This document shows, piece after piece, positions 16,275 through 25,068 of a stretch of DNA of 32,000 bases. The first letter of the stretch is position 1. The number at the start of each line of letters is the position of its first letter. The position numbers were made by a program, and so were the translations under genes. Below the pieces are notes generated by a model. The model was not told the origin of the DNA. It worked only from the letters and a program-made list of their open reading frames with translations, and ran no database searches. Location: positions 330,001-362,000 of the forward strand of contig NZ_CP007496.1 in assembly GCF_000803625.1 (NCBI RefSeq). The letters are read 5' to 3'. This DNA is from Candidatus Nanosynbacter lyticus (lineage in GTDB: Bacteria; Patescibacteriota; Saccharimonadia; Saccharimonadales; Saccharimonadaceae).

Positions 16275-17747
16275 TTATTTTTTCTTAAACAAGCGGCGTT
16301 TTTTAGACTTTTTACCATTGTCGAGCAGCTCATCTGGGTCAAAGTCATCATAGGTGACCATCAATGCTCGTGAGTTAATCTGCCTTAAGGTCTCAAGACC
16401 AACCGACACAATAATCAAGATTCCGGTACCGCCAATTGATAGGCGCAAGCCGTGCAAACCCGTCAAATGATATGTCAGATATTCAGCGACGAATGGTAGA
16501 ATCGCTACAATTCCCAGAACAATTGAGCCAAACAGAATCAAGCGATTAACGGTTTTTGTAAGGTACTTCTCAGTCTGAGCGCCCGGCCGAACACCCTCGA
16601 TGAAGCCGCCTTGCTTTTGTAAGTTTTCAGCGATTTCATTAGCATTAAAGACGATGCCAGTGTAGAAATACGTGAAGGCGATGACTAAGAGGAAGTATAG
16701 CGTTGGATAGATGAATGCCTCAGTAGTGCTGCCTGTAAATGAGCCAGCGCTTGGCGCTTGGAACCAGGTGATAAGCTTGTCGGCTGTTGGCAGGAGATTG
16801 GTATTACCAGATGCTTTCATGACTTGACCAACAAACTGTGGCAAGCTAAGAAACGCAACTGCAAAGATAACTGGGATAACGCCAGCTGCAATCAGCTTGA
16901 CTGGCAGAATGCTTTTTACGTCGCCATAGTTGCTATTGCCATGAACGCGTTTAGCATAATTGATAGTAATAACACGCTGCGCTTCGTTGATTTTCACCAG
17001 GAAGTATAGAACGATGAGTCCCGCAATAGACATGATAAGCACTGTCCAGAACATAGTCGGGTTAAGAGGTAGCGTAAACCAATTAAATACGTTTAAGCTG
17101 CCTGATGAAGTGTCGAGCAGCGAAGAAATGAGCGACGCAAGCATTTGCGGTAGCTGGCTAATAATTCCGGCAAAAATTACGATAGAAATACCGTTACCAA
17201 TACCTTGCTCTGTAATCAATTCACCTAGCCACATCAACAGAACCGAGCCAGCGGTCATGGCTGTAACCGACACAATCCATTCCATTGCTGTTGGATCAGC
17301 TAGTGTTGTTGAGCCACCTTGAAGAACTGTTTGGCGCAGAATAAAAATGAAGGCAATTGACTGAACGATAGCCAACGGAACGGTAATCATGCGTGTCCAT
17401 TGCTGAATTTTACGGCGACCAGTCTCGCCGTCCTTGTGAAGTTCTTCTAGCTTCGGAATTGCTTTAGTTAATAGCTGAATGATGATGCTGGCGGTAATAA
17501 ATGGACTAAGCCCGACCAACACTAAAGAAAAGCTTGATAGTGCGCCGCCAGAAAGCAGGTTCAAAATTCCACCCAAATCAGTCTGTCCGAGCACTGATGA
17601 AATCGCGTTACGTAGCTGGGTTGGTTCAGCCAATGGCACTGGGATGTGTGCCAATAATCTGTAGACGACGATTATTCCGACAACGATTAATAATCGCTTT
17701 TGCATGTCTTTATTTTTTAGCGAGCGGAAAATTATTCTCCAATTCAT
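16275..17747 (-). CDS. secY: Preprotein translocase subunit SecY
   Basis: It is 490 aa with about 10 hydrophobic segments. Motifs include GILNLLSGGALSSFSLVLVGLSPFITASIIIQLL and GISIVIFAGII. It sits in the conserved position after rplO. Confidence 0.95.
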   Translation of the reverse strand: MNWRIIFRSLKNKDMQKRLLIVVGIIVVYRLLAHIPVPLAEPTQLRNAISSVLGQTDLGGILNLLSGGALSSFSLVLVGLSPFITASIIIQLLTKAIPKLEELHKDGETGRRKIQQWTRMITVPLAIVQSIAFIFILRQTVLQGGSTTLADPTAMEWIVSVTAMTAGSVLLMWLGELITEQGIGNGISIVIFAGIISQLPQMLASLISSLLDTSSGSLNVFNWFTLPLNPTMFWTVLIMSIAGLIVLYFLVKINEAQRVITINYAKRVHGNSNYGDVKSILPVKLIAAGVIPVIFAVAFLSLPQFVGQVMKASGNTNLLPTADKLITWFQAPSAGSFTGSTTEAFIYPTLYFLLVIAFTYFYTGIVFNANEIAENLQKQGGFIEGVRPGAQTEKYLTKTVNRLILFGSIVLGIVAILPFVAEYLTYHLTGLHGLRLSIGGTGILIIVSVGLETLRQINSRALMVTYDDFDPDELLDNGKKSKKRRLFKKK

Positions 17748-17828
17748 GTTTTAGCCCCTCATAGTCTCTAACAATTCTTAACTCTGTTAATTATACATTA
17801 CCACAACTAATATTTCCATACCGAAATA

Positions 17829-17860
17829 AAGAATCCCCTTATTCTATAGAGGGGATTCTT
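17829..17860 (-). terminator. Intrinsic terminator between rplO and secY
   Basis: An 11-bp perfect stem forms between aagaatcccct (17829-17839) and aggggattctt (17850-17860). On the minus-strand RNA it is followed by uauuucgg. A TGTATAAT box for secY follows at plus-strand 17795-17802. Confidence 0.55.
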
Positions 17861-17877
17861 GTGCTTGATGAGAATAT

Positions 17878-18351
17878 TTATTTCTCTTCAGTTTCTTTTA
17901 TGCTTTGACGCAGTGGTGTCGCGACTTTTTCAAATGAGCCGCCGGCTTTTTCAATCGCTATAACGACTGAAGCGGAAGCAGCCTGCACTTTCAAGTCAAC
18001 CTTGGCTTTCAATTCACCGCGAGCGATCACCTTGACCGTGTGGAACGGCGTGGCGATGTAGCCTTCGGTAAACAGCAGCGCGTTGTCGACGGTTTTGCCG
18101 TCAAAGGCGTTCAAGTGGTCGAGGTAGACTACCTGAGCTGGTGTGCGCAAGCTCTTGAAGCCGCGAGCTTTTGGTACAGCCTGAGCCAGTGGGCGCTGAC
18201 CACCCTGGAACATAGCGCGAAGCTTTTTACCAGTGCGGGCGTTCTGACCTTTGGTACCACGACCAGCGGTTTTACCCTGGCCAGCAGCGATACCGCGGCC
18301 AACGCGCTTTTTATTCTTGTTTGCTGAAACTTGGAGATCGTTGTATTTCAT
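17878..18351 (-). CDS. rplO: 50S ribosomal protein L15
   Basis: KRVGRGIAAGQGKTAGRGTKGQNARTG is canonical uL15. Confidence 0.95.
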   Translation of the reverse strand: MKYNDLQVSANKNKKRVGRGIAAGQGKTAGRGTKGQNARTGKKLRAMFQGGQRPLAQAVPKARGFKSLRTPAQVVYLDHLNAFDGKTVDNALLFTEGYIATPFHTVKVIARGELKAKVDLKVQAASASVVIAIEKAGGSFEKVATPLRQSIKETEEK

Positions 18352-18941
18352 TACTTAGCCTCCTTTTTAGCAGTCTTTTTGACTGGCTGAGTGTTGAGCC
18401 ACTGTTCGCGTGGAACCAGTGATTTCAGTGCTTCAATAGTTGCGTAGGCGATGTTCACCTTGTTGGTTGAACCCAGTGACTTGGTGAGCAGGTTGCGGAC
18501 ACCAGTCACGCCGATGATTTGTCGCACCACACCACCAGCGATGATACCGGTACCAGGAGCGGCTGGCTTGATCAGCACGCGAGCACCTGAGAACTTAACT
18601 TCGCTGTCGTGCGGAATGGTTTCGCCATTCAGTGGCAAGGTGATCAAGTGCTTCTTGGCGACTGAGGTTGCCTTAGCGACAGCCGCTTGCACGTCGGCAC
18701 CTTTGGCCACGCCAACACCAACCTTGTCTTTGCGGTTACCGACAACCACCAACGCCTTGAAACGAAAGCGGCGGCCACCTTTGACCACGCGGGACACGCG
18801 GTCAATGTTGATTACCAATTCTTCAAACTCTTTTGGTGCGTCATCACGCACATTTCGCCGGTCATCGCGGCGACCACCACGCGGACTGCGAGGCCGGCGG
18901 CCTTCTGCGCGTGGGGTAGTATTTGCAGCTTGTTCTGCCAT
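18351..18941 (-). CDS. rpsE: 30S ribosomal protein S5 (Arg-rich N-terminal extension)
   Basis: The translation contains INIDRVSRVVKGGRRFRFKALVVVGNRKDKVGVGVAKGADVQAAVAKA. The start MAEQAANTT at 18941 is preferred because it abuts the rplR stop. Confidence 0.93.
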   Translation of the reverse strand: MAEQAANTTPRAEGRRPRSPRGGRRDDRRNVRDDAPKEFEELVINIDRVSRVVKGGRRFRFKALVVVGNRKDKVGVGVAKGADVQAAVAKATSVAKKHLITLPLNGETIPHDSEVKFSGARVLIKPAAPGTGIIAGGVVRQIIGVTGVRNLLTKSLGSTNKVNIAYATIEALKSLVPREQWLNTQPVKKTAKKEAK

Positions 18942-18942
18942 A

Positions 18943-19293
18943 CTAGAACTCCAATCCTTCTTGGCGCGCAGCATCAGCCAATGCTTTCAAGCGACCAGCG
19001 TACTGGCGGCCGTTGCGGTCAAAGACCACTGCGCTAATTTTACTTTTCTTTGCTTTCTTGGCAATTTCGGTACCGATGGCAGCGCATTTTTCGCTCATCG
19101 TACCTTTTGCTTTGGTGCCAACGGTGGTTGCGGCAGCCAATGTCTTGCCTGCGACGTCGTCGATCAGCTGAGCGCTAACATGCAGGTTGCTGATGGTGAC
19201 CGTCAGGCGTGGGCGCTCTGCAGTGCCTGAAACCTTGGCGCGAACGCGGTTTTTGCGAAGAGCGCGGTTGAGTAATTTCTTATTTTCAGCCAT
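18943..19293 (-). CDS. rplR: 50S ribosomal protein L18
   Basis: The translation runs RKNRVRAKVSGTAERPRLTVTISNLHVSAQLIDD...FDRNGRQYAGRLKALADAARQEGLEF. Confidence 0.95.
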   Translation of the reverse strand: MAENKKLLNRALRKNRVRAKVSGTAERPRLTVTISNLHVSAQLIDDVAGKTLAAATTVGTKAKGTMSEKCAAIGTEIAKKAKKSKISAVVFDRNGRQYAGRLKALADAARQEGLEF

Positions 19294-19295
19294 GA

Positions 19296-19835
19296 TTACT
19301 TACCTGTCTTTCCTGCTTTACGCAAAATTTGCTCGTCAGCGTACTTGATACCCTTGCCCTTGTATGGCTCAGGTTTCTTCAGCGCGCGAATTTCCGCAGC
19401 GACTTGGCCGACTTGCTGTTTATTGATACCACTGACGATGATAGTCATCTTTTCATTGGTAACGGTGATGCCCTCTGGGGCTTTGTATTTGACTGGGTGT
19501 GAAAACCCGAGCGCCATTTCCAGCTCGTTGTTGCTGGAGCTCACGCGGAAACCGACACCATTGACCTCGAGACGCTTCTCGTAGCCTTTGGTGACGCCGA
19601 TTACCATGTTGTTGATCAGCGCGCGCATTAGACCGTGCTGGGCGCGAGCAGTTTTGGACTCATCCTTCGGATGAACCGTGGCGTGTCCGTCTTCGACTTT
19701 CACCTCAACTGCTGGCGTGATGAATTGTGTCAATTCACCTTTCGGGCCCTTTACGACCACGTCACCAGAGTCAACCGTGATTGTCACACCGGCCGGAATA
19801 ACCACCGGCAGTTTTCCGATTCGACTCAGACTCAT
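19296..19835 (-). CDS. rplF: 50S ribosomal protein L6
   Basis: The translation runs MSLSRIGKLPVVIPAGVTITVD...LMRALINNMVIGVTKGYEKRLEVNGVGFR...EPYKGKGIKY. Confidence 0.95.
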   Translation of the reverse strand: MSLSRIGKLPVVIPAGVTITVDSGDVVVKGPKGELTQFITPAVEVKVEDGHATVHPKDESKTARAQHGLMRALINNMVIGVTKGYEKRLEVNGVGFRVSSSNNELEMALGFSHPVKYKAPEGITVTNEKMTIIVSGINKQQVGQVAAEIRALKKPEPYKGKGIKYADEQILRKAGKTGK

Positions 19836-19871
19836 TACTCACCTTTCGTGTGATTTGATATTAACTTCGGT

Positions 19872-19880
19872 ATTTTAGCA
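19872..19880 (-). promoter_or_regulatory. TG-extended -10 box (TGCTAAAAT on the minus strand) upstream of rplF
   Basis: It is the reverse complement of attttagca. It is followed by a 36-nt leader carrying an aaaggtgag Shine-Dalgarno sequence before the rplF ATG at 19835. Confidence 0.4.
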
Positions 19881-19927
19881 TAGATTAGGGGTAAAATGCA
19901 AGCTTGGCGTGGCGGATTATCATAAAT

Positions 19928-19938
19928 TGCTATATACT
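19928..19938 (+). promoter_or_regulatory. TG-extended -10 box (TGCTATATACT) upstream of the second CYTH gene
   Basis: It lies on the plus strand, divergent from the rplF promoter. A ggagg Shine-Dalgarno sequence at 19960-19964 precedes the GTG start at 19973. Confidence 0.4.
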
Positions 19939-19972
19939 TTTAGTATTGCGTAAGTGAGTTGGAGGTTCCTGC

Positions 19973-20569
19973 GTGGCAGAACGATATGAAATAGAGCGTA
20001 AACGTAAATTTTTGGGTGATTTGGAGGAGTTTATTGCACGACTGAGTTCTCAGGGATTTTTTCTGTCTAGCGAAACTACTGAAATTGACACTTATTATTC
20101 TCGACCGGATGTTGATTTTATGCAGACGGTTGAGTGTTTACGGGTTCGACAGCGTGATGATTTTGCTGAGATAACCTATAAGCCACCGACCAATCAGCGC
20201 ACGCACACTGAGGATGGGGTTATCGTCAAGCCAGAAACTAATCTGCCGGTCAATCCAGAGAATACGGCCGTCGCTAAGCAGCTGCTAGCAAATCTTGGTA
20301 TGGTGAAATTGGTCGAGGTCAATAAGTTTAGACGGATATTTAAGTGCGATGATGAGCCGGGGCTAACGATTGCTATTGATGAGATTAGCGGTGTGGGTGT
20401 TTTCATAGAAACAGAAATCATCAGCGAGGATAAAAAGTCGGCTTTGCGGCGAATCGAGGATGTTGAAGCACGGATAGGAGTTCAGGAGTTTGAAATCATC
20501 ACTCGACCGTATCGTGATATTTGTATGTATGCACAATTTACTGAAAGAGATAAGGTGGTAACAAAATGA
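19973..20569 (+). CDS. CYTH-domain protein (second, divergent paralogue)
   Basis: It has the ExExK signature (YEIERKRKF), LRVRQ and IDEISGVGVFIETEI. It uses a GTG start. Its stop overlaps the next start in an ATGA arrangement. Confidence 0.8.
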   Translation: MAERYEIERKRKFLGDLEEFIARLSSQGFFLSSETTEIDTYYSRPDVDFMQTVECLRVRQRDDFAEITYKPPTNQRTHTEDGVIVKPETNLPVNPENTAVAKQLLANLGMVKLVEVNKFRRIFKCDDEPGLTIAIDEISGVGVFIETEIISEDKKSALRRIEDVEARIGVQEFEIITRPYRDICMYAQFTERDKVVTK

Positions 20570-21225
20570 AAACAGCTATACTATTTGCCACCAGAAACCC
20601 AGGCAAGTACGAAGAATTCGTTGCAACGTTTCGTAACTTCGACCCGCAAATATCAATTATTTCGCTAGCAGACTTGAGCTATCAAATCCCCGATTGCGTA
20701 GAAACGGGTGTGACTTTTGAACAAAACGCCCTCTTAAAGGCACGACATACGAGGCGTTATTTACGCGGGAATGATAAAAACTTAATAATTATTGCCGATG
20801 ACTCAGGTATGGAGATTGAAGCATTAAACGGCGAGCCTGGCGTGTTTACAAGACGCTGGGATGGTCACGAGATGAGTGATCAGGAAATCGTAGATTACTG
20901 CTTGAAGAAGCTTGAAAATAAGACAAATAGGCGAGCACAATATCAGACGTGTCTTGCAGTAAACTTCCCTGATGGTCGCGAGAAGGTGATTTTTGGAGAA
21001 AATTCTGGCGTTATTTTAACTGAGTCACGGGAGGAGTCGCGACTCAAAGGTATGCCATTTCGGGAGTTATTTTTCGTACCCGAGCTTGATATGATGTTTC
21101 ATGAAGTGCGCGAGCTGCCGAAGTCCATGCGTAGTGAGTATCAGCTTGGGCATGAAATTGCAATCGAAAAATGCGCCACTCTTATAGAAGAGTATGCGAT
21201 GTTGCGTTCTTCGACTGTTGTTTAG
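20566..21225 (+). CDS. Ham1/RdgB-family dITP/XTP pyrophosphatase (second paralogue)
   Basis: ILFATRNPGKYEEF matches the ATxNxxKxxE motif. IIADDSGMEIEALNGEPGVFTRRW matches the DDSGLxVxALNGxPGVYSAR motif. Confidence 0.85.
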   Translation: MKTAILFATRNPGKYEEFVATFRNFDPQISIISLADLSYQIPDCVETGVTFEQNALLKARHTRRYLRGNDKNLIIIADDSGMEIEALNGEPGVFTRRWDGHEMSDQEIVDYCLKKLENKTNRRAQYQTCLAVNFPDGREKVIFGENSGVILTESREESRLKGMPFRELFFVPELDMMFHEVRELPKSMRSEYQLGHEIAIEKCATLIEEYAMLRSSTVV

Positions 21226-21238
21226 CGATAGGGATGTC

Positions 21239-21535
21239 TCACTGATTGGTATCGCAGATAAGGACACTGAGCTTATTAATAAGCGTCGAATCGAGCTGGT
21301 TAGGGGCAATATCCTGCGGGTGAAGATAAGCTAGTTCCTCGGCTTCCTCACTCACCCGTGGATTACCTAGGAGTGTCACCTCAAAAGCAATGATAAGCAC
21401 CGGGTCATCGAACTTGTTATGCCACGTTGGAATAATCAAGGGATTTTCTGTAGAGACTTTGACATCTGCTTCTAATTCTTCCAGAAACTCTCGTTTCAAC
21501 GCTTACGTAACATCCTCACCATGTTCCAGACCGCC
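21239..21535 (-). pseudogene. Nudix hydrolase remnant (Nudix box plus C-terminal part) with in-frame stops
   Basis: The minus-strand frame reads ...IILLTS*GGLEHGEDVT*ALKREFLEELEADVKVSTENPL...ICDTNQ*. GGxxxGE...REFLEELE is a Nudix box, broken by a TAA at 21503-21505 and preceded by a TAG at 21536-21538. The ORF track sees only the TTG-initiated tail at 21239..21499. Confidence 0.6.
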
Positions 21536-21764
21536 CTATGATGTCAAGAGGATGATTCTATTTAGCATTGCAATACACCTCCATCAAGAAAGGAATTCGT
21601 GTTTTTCTATTCCGTCTTTTCCTCAATGCTTTTCTAGAATAAACTCTAGCAATACCTAAATCGTTACAAATAGCAGATTCTAGGTATTTTTTCTTATAAC
21701 GTTACCATAACCAATACCTATAGGCTGTTCTAAAAGTTGCATAAAAGTCTCCTTTACACCCTTC

Positions 21765-24008
21765 TTATTCGAATTCAATTTCTTCATTTAGACTATTAAA
21801 TAGTTCAACTTGTGCATCTATTTGAAGCCTATTAACAAGCCATCCTCGTAATTCTGCTTGTTGAATAAAATCTTCGATACGATTCTCTCCATTCAATTCC
21901 TTTAAAGTGACAACAACACCGAATCGAACTCCTTGCCCATCTCTAGTTTTTAGCCGTTCAATTGTTTTTATACTCATCCCCCACTGAGGATTAGACTGAT
22001 TTAAAATTGGTTTAACTCGCTTTCGGGCAGTGAATGTCTCTCCTATATGCTTAACATTATCCCATTTTCTAAAAACATTTCGAGCTGCGTTTTCCTTCAC
22101 ATAACCTGGAGTATCTTCCGTATACTGATTATCTTTATTGATTGATTCAATGCCGTCTAGCTTTAGTCTACCAAAGGTAATTTGCATCTCTGTATTTGTA
22201 TAGTCTACTCCCTGATTTCTTGAGCAATTCGGAGAATAACACATTGTTGCTTTAGCAACATATGGATAATTTCCGTTTGATATCGGCACTGGAAAATCAT
22301 AGTTATATGTGTCATATGCTTTAGAAATATCCGAGACGATAAACTTGATTTCATCGTCAGGAGTAGATAAAATATCCTCCATCTTTATCGGAACTATACC
22401 ATTACCAATTAAAGATAAATCAGCAAATGTTTTTTTATTATTCCATGGTATTGCTGAATCAATTAACAAAGCCTTTGCCTCCTCTCGATTAAGTCCCATA
22501 ACATTTATAAGATAAGCCATTTTTCTTGCGATAAACGGTGCTGCAAAACTTGTGCCTGCTACTCGACCTAAACCCAGTGGTTCACATACATTTATAAAAT
22601 CACCATTTCCACCGCCATAATATGAAACATCTGGCTTAACAAAGAATGATAAAACAACACCCTCTCGTGAATATGAAACTACTTGGTCGTTAAAATCAAC
22701 AGAATTTACAATTACAGAATTAAGCGAATCTGCGGGAGCACCTATTCTTTTGCGTTTTCCGTTTGTGGTGGTAGCATTTGTCCCTGCTATGATAAAAATC
22801 ACATCATTCTCAAATTGAATTTCATCTAATAACGCTCCCTCGACAGAAATAAAATTTTCTCTTATTTCATCATTAGATCCTAAAGAAAGATTCCAAACTT
22901 TAATATCAGAATTCTGGGAAATAATCTCTCTAATCTGTTTTATGATTGTAAATGAATTAAATCCACTTTGCAGAGACACGCCAAAATGTCTCACCCTAAA
23001 ATGTCCACAACCATCATCTAAATTTGGATTCAAACTAGCTCCATCAACTATTAGAGAAGTAACTGCCGTTCCATGTTTATAGTCTTGACTACCCTTTCTT
23101 ATTTCATTTGAAACCATGTCATGATACTCAACCCAGTCGTTAAAGTAAACTCTCTCATCGAATAAGGTATCAATAACACCAATAATTGGTTCATTCATTG
23201 GGAATGGAAGATTCGTTTGGAAATTATTATTATCTAAATAAAAATCATCTAGAGATAATTTAGAGAAATCCTCAACAATCATGGAAACAAGATATGGAGC
23301 TTTTGATAATAGCAATTCAATATTTTTTTCATCAAGCAATACGGTTGTTTGATTCATAACATTGGCTTCTGAAACATCAACATTGATTTTCTTAAGTACT
23401 TTTAAAATATCTGTTTGAACATCATAGAATGTAACAATAGAATTAGTTACATCTGAAATTTTAGCGTACTCAACGCCAAATTTCTCAACAAAGCAAGAAT
23501 CTCTCAAATATTGCTGAAACTTAGATTTTGAAATACCATATTCCGAAAATTTTATGGAAGCAAATGTTGATGACTCAGAGAACATCTCACTTGTTATCTC
23601 TCCATCAAAATGTTTCTCAAAAACTTCAATTATCTTACTCAAAACTATAATTGTTTTACTAAGTACATCTCCAGAGATATAGTGAGTAATAATATGCTTT
23701 TTCTTCTCACCATCAAATTTTGCTCCCACAATGGTATCATTAGGGACTGGATTCTCTCTTCCTACATTGAAGAAGCCATTAATACGGTTACTTTTAGCAA
23801 CAATTCGATTATAGTATACACTTATCAAAACACCATCAATGATGCTATCTTTCTCCCAATATTTTTTTACTTTTTCTAAGGAAGAATAAAGACGTTTCAA
23901 ATGTTCCAGTGTAATTACCGTATTTTTTGGTACGGTAATTGGTCCCATACCATTATTTCTCGATTTTTGTGTAAAACTTTTACCACGTAATGTCAATAAT
24001 GTATTCAT
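21765..24008 (-). CDS. S8 (subtilisin-family) serine peptidase with a ~270-aa unknown N-terminal region and a ~200-aa C-terminal region; IetS-like
   Basis: The catalytic motifs are in order: GVIDT (Asp), HGTAVTSLIVDG (His), NLSLG (oxyanion Asn) and GTSFAAPFIARKMA (Ser). The start lies 1 nt after the stop of the upstream ATPase (TGAcATG). The gene is AT-rich. Confidence 0.9.
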   Translation of the reverse strand: MNTLLTLRGKSFTQKSRNNGMGPITVPKNTVITLEHLKRLYSSLEKVKKYWEKDSIIDGVLISVYYNRIVAKSNRINGFFNVGRENPVPNDTIVGAKFDGEKKKHIITHYISGDVLSKTIIVLSKIIEVFEKHFDGEITSEMFSESSTFASIKFSEYGISKSKFQQYLRDSCFVEKFGVEYAKISDVTNSIVTFYDVQTDILKVLKKINVDVSEANVMNQTTVLLDEKNIELLLSKAPYLVSMIVEDFSKLSLDDFYLDNNNFQTNLPFPMNEPIIGVIDTLFDERVYFNDWVEYHDMVSNEIRKGSQDYKHGTAVTSLIVDGASLNPNLDDGCGHFRVRHFGVSLQSGFNSFTIIKQIREIISQNSDIKVWNLSLGSNDEIRENFISVEGALLDEIQFENDVIFIIAGTNATTTNGKRKRIGAPADSLNSVIVNSVDFNDQVVSYSREGVVLSFFVKPDVSYYGGGNGDFINVCEPLGLGRVAGTSFAAPFIARKMAYLINVMGLNREEAKALLIDSAIPWNNKKTFADLSLIGNGIVPIKMEDILSTPDDEIKFIVSDISKAYDTYNYDFPVPISNGNYPYVAKATMCYSPNCSRNQGVDYTNTEMQITFGRLKLDGIESINKDNQYTEDTPGYVKENAARNVFRKWDNVKHIGETFTARKRVKPILNQSNPQWGMSIKTIERLKTRDGQGVRFGVVVTLKELNGENRIEDFIQQAELRGWLVNRLQIDAQVELFNSLNEEIEFE

Positions 24009-24009
24009 G

Positions 24010-25044
24010 TCAATCCTCGCTTAATTCTCGTGAGACACTGCTTTTAGAAATACCTGTTAAAATCTCGATTTCTCGAACAGTAAAACCCAGCTTTGATAAT
24101 TTAGAAATAGATAAATTCCTTCCATTATGCAAACTCCTTAATAAACGTTTTTGATAGTCATGTGGATCTGTCGGATCACTAAATGCCAGTGAAGTTCTTA
24201 TTAAATTCCTCAAGTCACCAGGATTCGGTATAGTCCCACAACTATAAATAATTTTCTTAAATAACTTCAGATCTCTTCCTACATTTTTGAATTGTTTCAA
24301 TAACTCCGTCAAAATAACCACAGCAACTTCAACCTTGTCATCATCAGAATAGCGATCGAAATCAATTATAGCGTCGAATCTTCTAGTAACTGCTTTATCA
24401 AGATTTTCAAAAAGATTCGTTGTGGCAATGAGTATAATCTCTGGAGATAATCTATCTAACTCTTTTAAAAAAGCAGAAGTTACTCTCCCCATTTCTCTTA
24501 AATCATTCTGATTAACCCTATCCAATACGATAGAATCAATTTCATCAAAAAGGATGATATAATTTTGCTTAAAAGGCAAATGATTGATTTCATTAAAAAG
24601 AGCTGCTAAATTTTTAACTGTCTGTCCTAGTTTACTATCAACTAGGTGACTAAAATCTACCACAAGTAATTCTTTGTCAATAAGTCTAGTCACCTGCTTC
24701 ACACTTTCAGTTTTTCCAGTACCTGGTACCCCTACAAATAAGAATTTATTTATTCCAATGTGATGATTAACAGCGTTTATTATTCCTTTTAAGTCATTCA
24801 TAATGGGAAGTGGCAACGGAAGAGGGTTAATATCTAATTTAACAGGAGTCAAATACTCACTTATATTCTCTATTTGTGGTACTAACCTATCACTTTGAGA
24901 TATCATCCCCATAATATATTGTGCTAATTGTGTATCTCCATGTTTATCAAAATTTCGAGCAATAGCTATGCTTTGATTTCTGAATTCTGTCTCTTTGCTC
25001 TCATAATGATACTTTATTAAATCAAGAACATCTGATTTTTTCAT
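24010..25044 (-). CDS. AAA+ ATPase with a C-terminal helix-turn-helix; IetA-like
   Basis: It has Walker A GVPGTGKT, Walker B IILFDEID, sensor-1 ATTN and an arginine-finger region VTRRFD. The C-terminal LGFTVREIEILTGISKSSVSRELS looks like an HTH. A gaaggagg Shine-Dalgarno sequence precedes the start. Confidence 0.9.
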   Translation of the reverse strand: MKKSDVLDLIKYHYESKETEFRNQSIAIARNFDKHGDTQLAQYIMGMISQSDRLVPQIENISEYLTPVKLDINPLPLPLPIMNDLKGIINAVNHHIGINKFLFVGVPGTGKTESVKQVTRLIDKELLVVDFSHLVDSKLGQTVKNLAALFNEINHLPFKQNYIILFDEIDSIVLDRVNQNDLREMGRVTSAFLKELDRLSPEIILIATTNLFENLDKAVTRRFDAIIDFDRYSDDDKVEVAVVILTELLKQFKNVGRDLKLFKKIIYSCGTIPNPGDLRNLIRTSLAFSDPTDPHDYQKRLLRSLHNGRNLSISKLSKLGFTVREIEILTGISKSSVSRELSED

Positions 25045-25068
25045 GACTCAATCCTCCTTCTATAAAAA

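Noticed and set aside
18451-19230. A 259-aa plus-strand ORF, plus a 116-aa ORF at 18687..19037.
   Set aside because: Both lie entirely antisense to the well-conserved rpsE and rplR. The translations are low-complexity and Arg/Ala/Ser/Thr-rich. This is typical of spurious open frames opposite GC-rich coding sequence.
19973-25044. A single five-gene system combining CYTH and Ham1 with the ATPase/protease cassette, for example cyclase signal plus protease effector.
   Set aside because: The composition differs clearly between a host-like CYTH-Ham1 pair and an AT-rich cassette. The orientations are convergent. A paralogous CYTH-Ham1-Nudix trio exists at 5947-7625 without any ATPase or protease. 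Adjacency here therefore looks secondary. I keep it only as a low-probability idea, mentioned in the trio finding.
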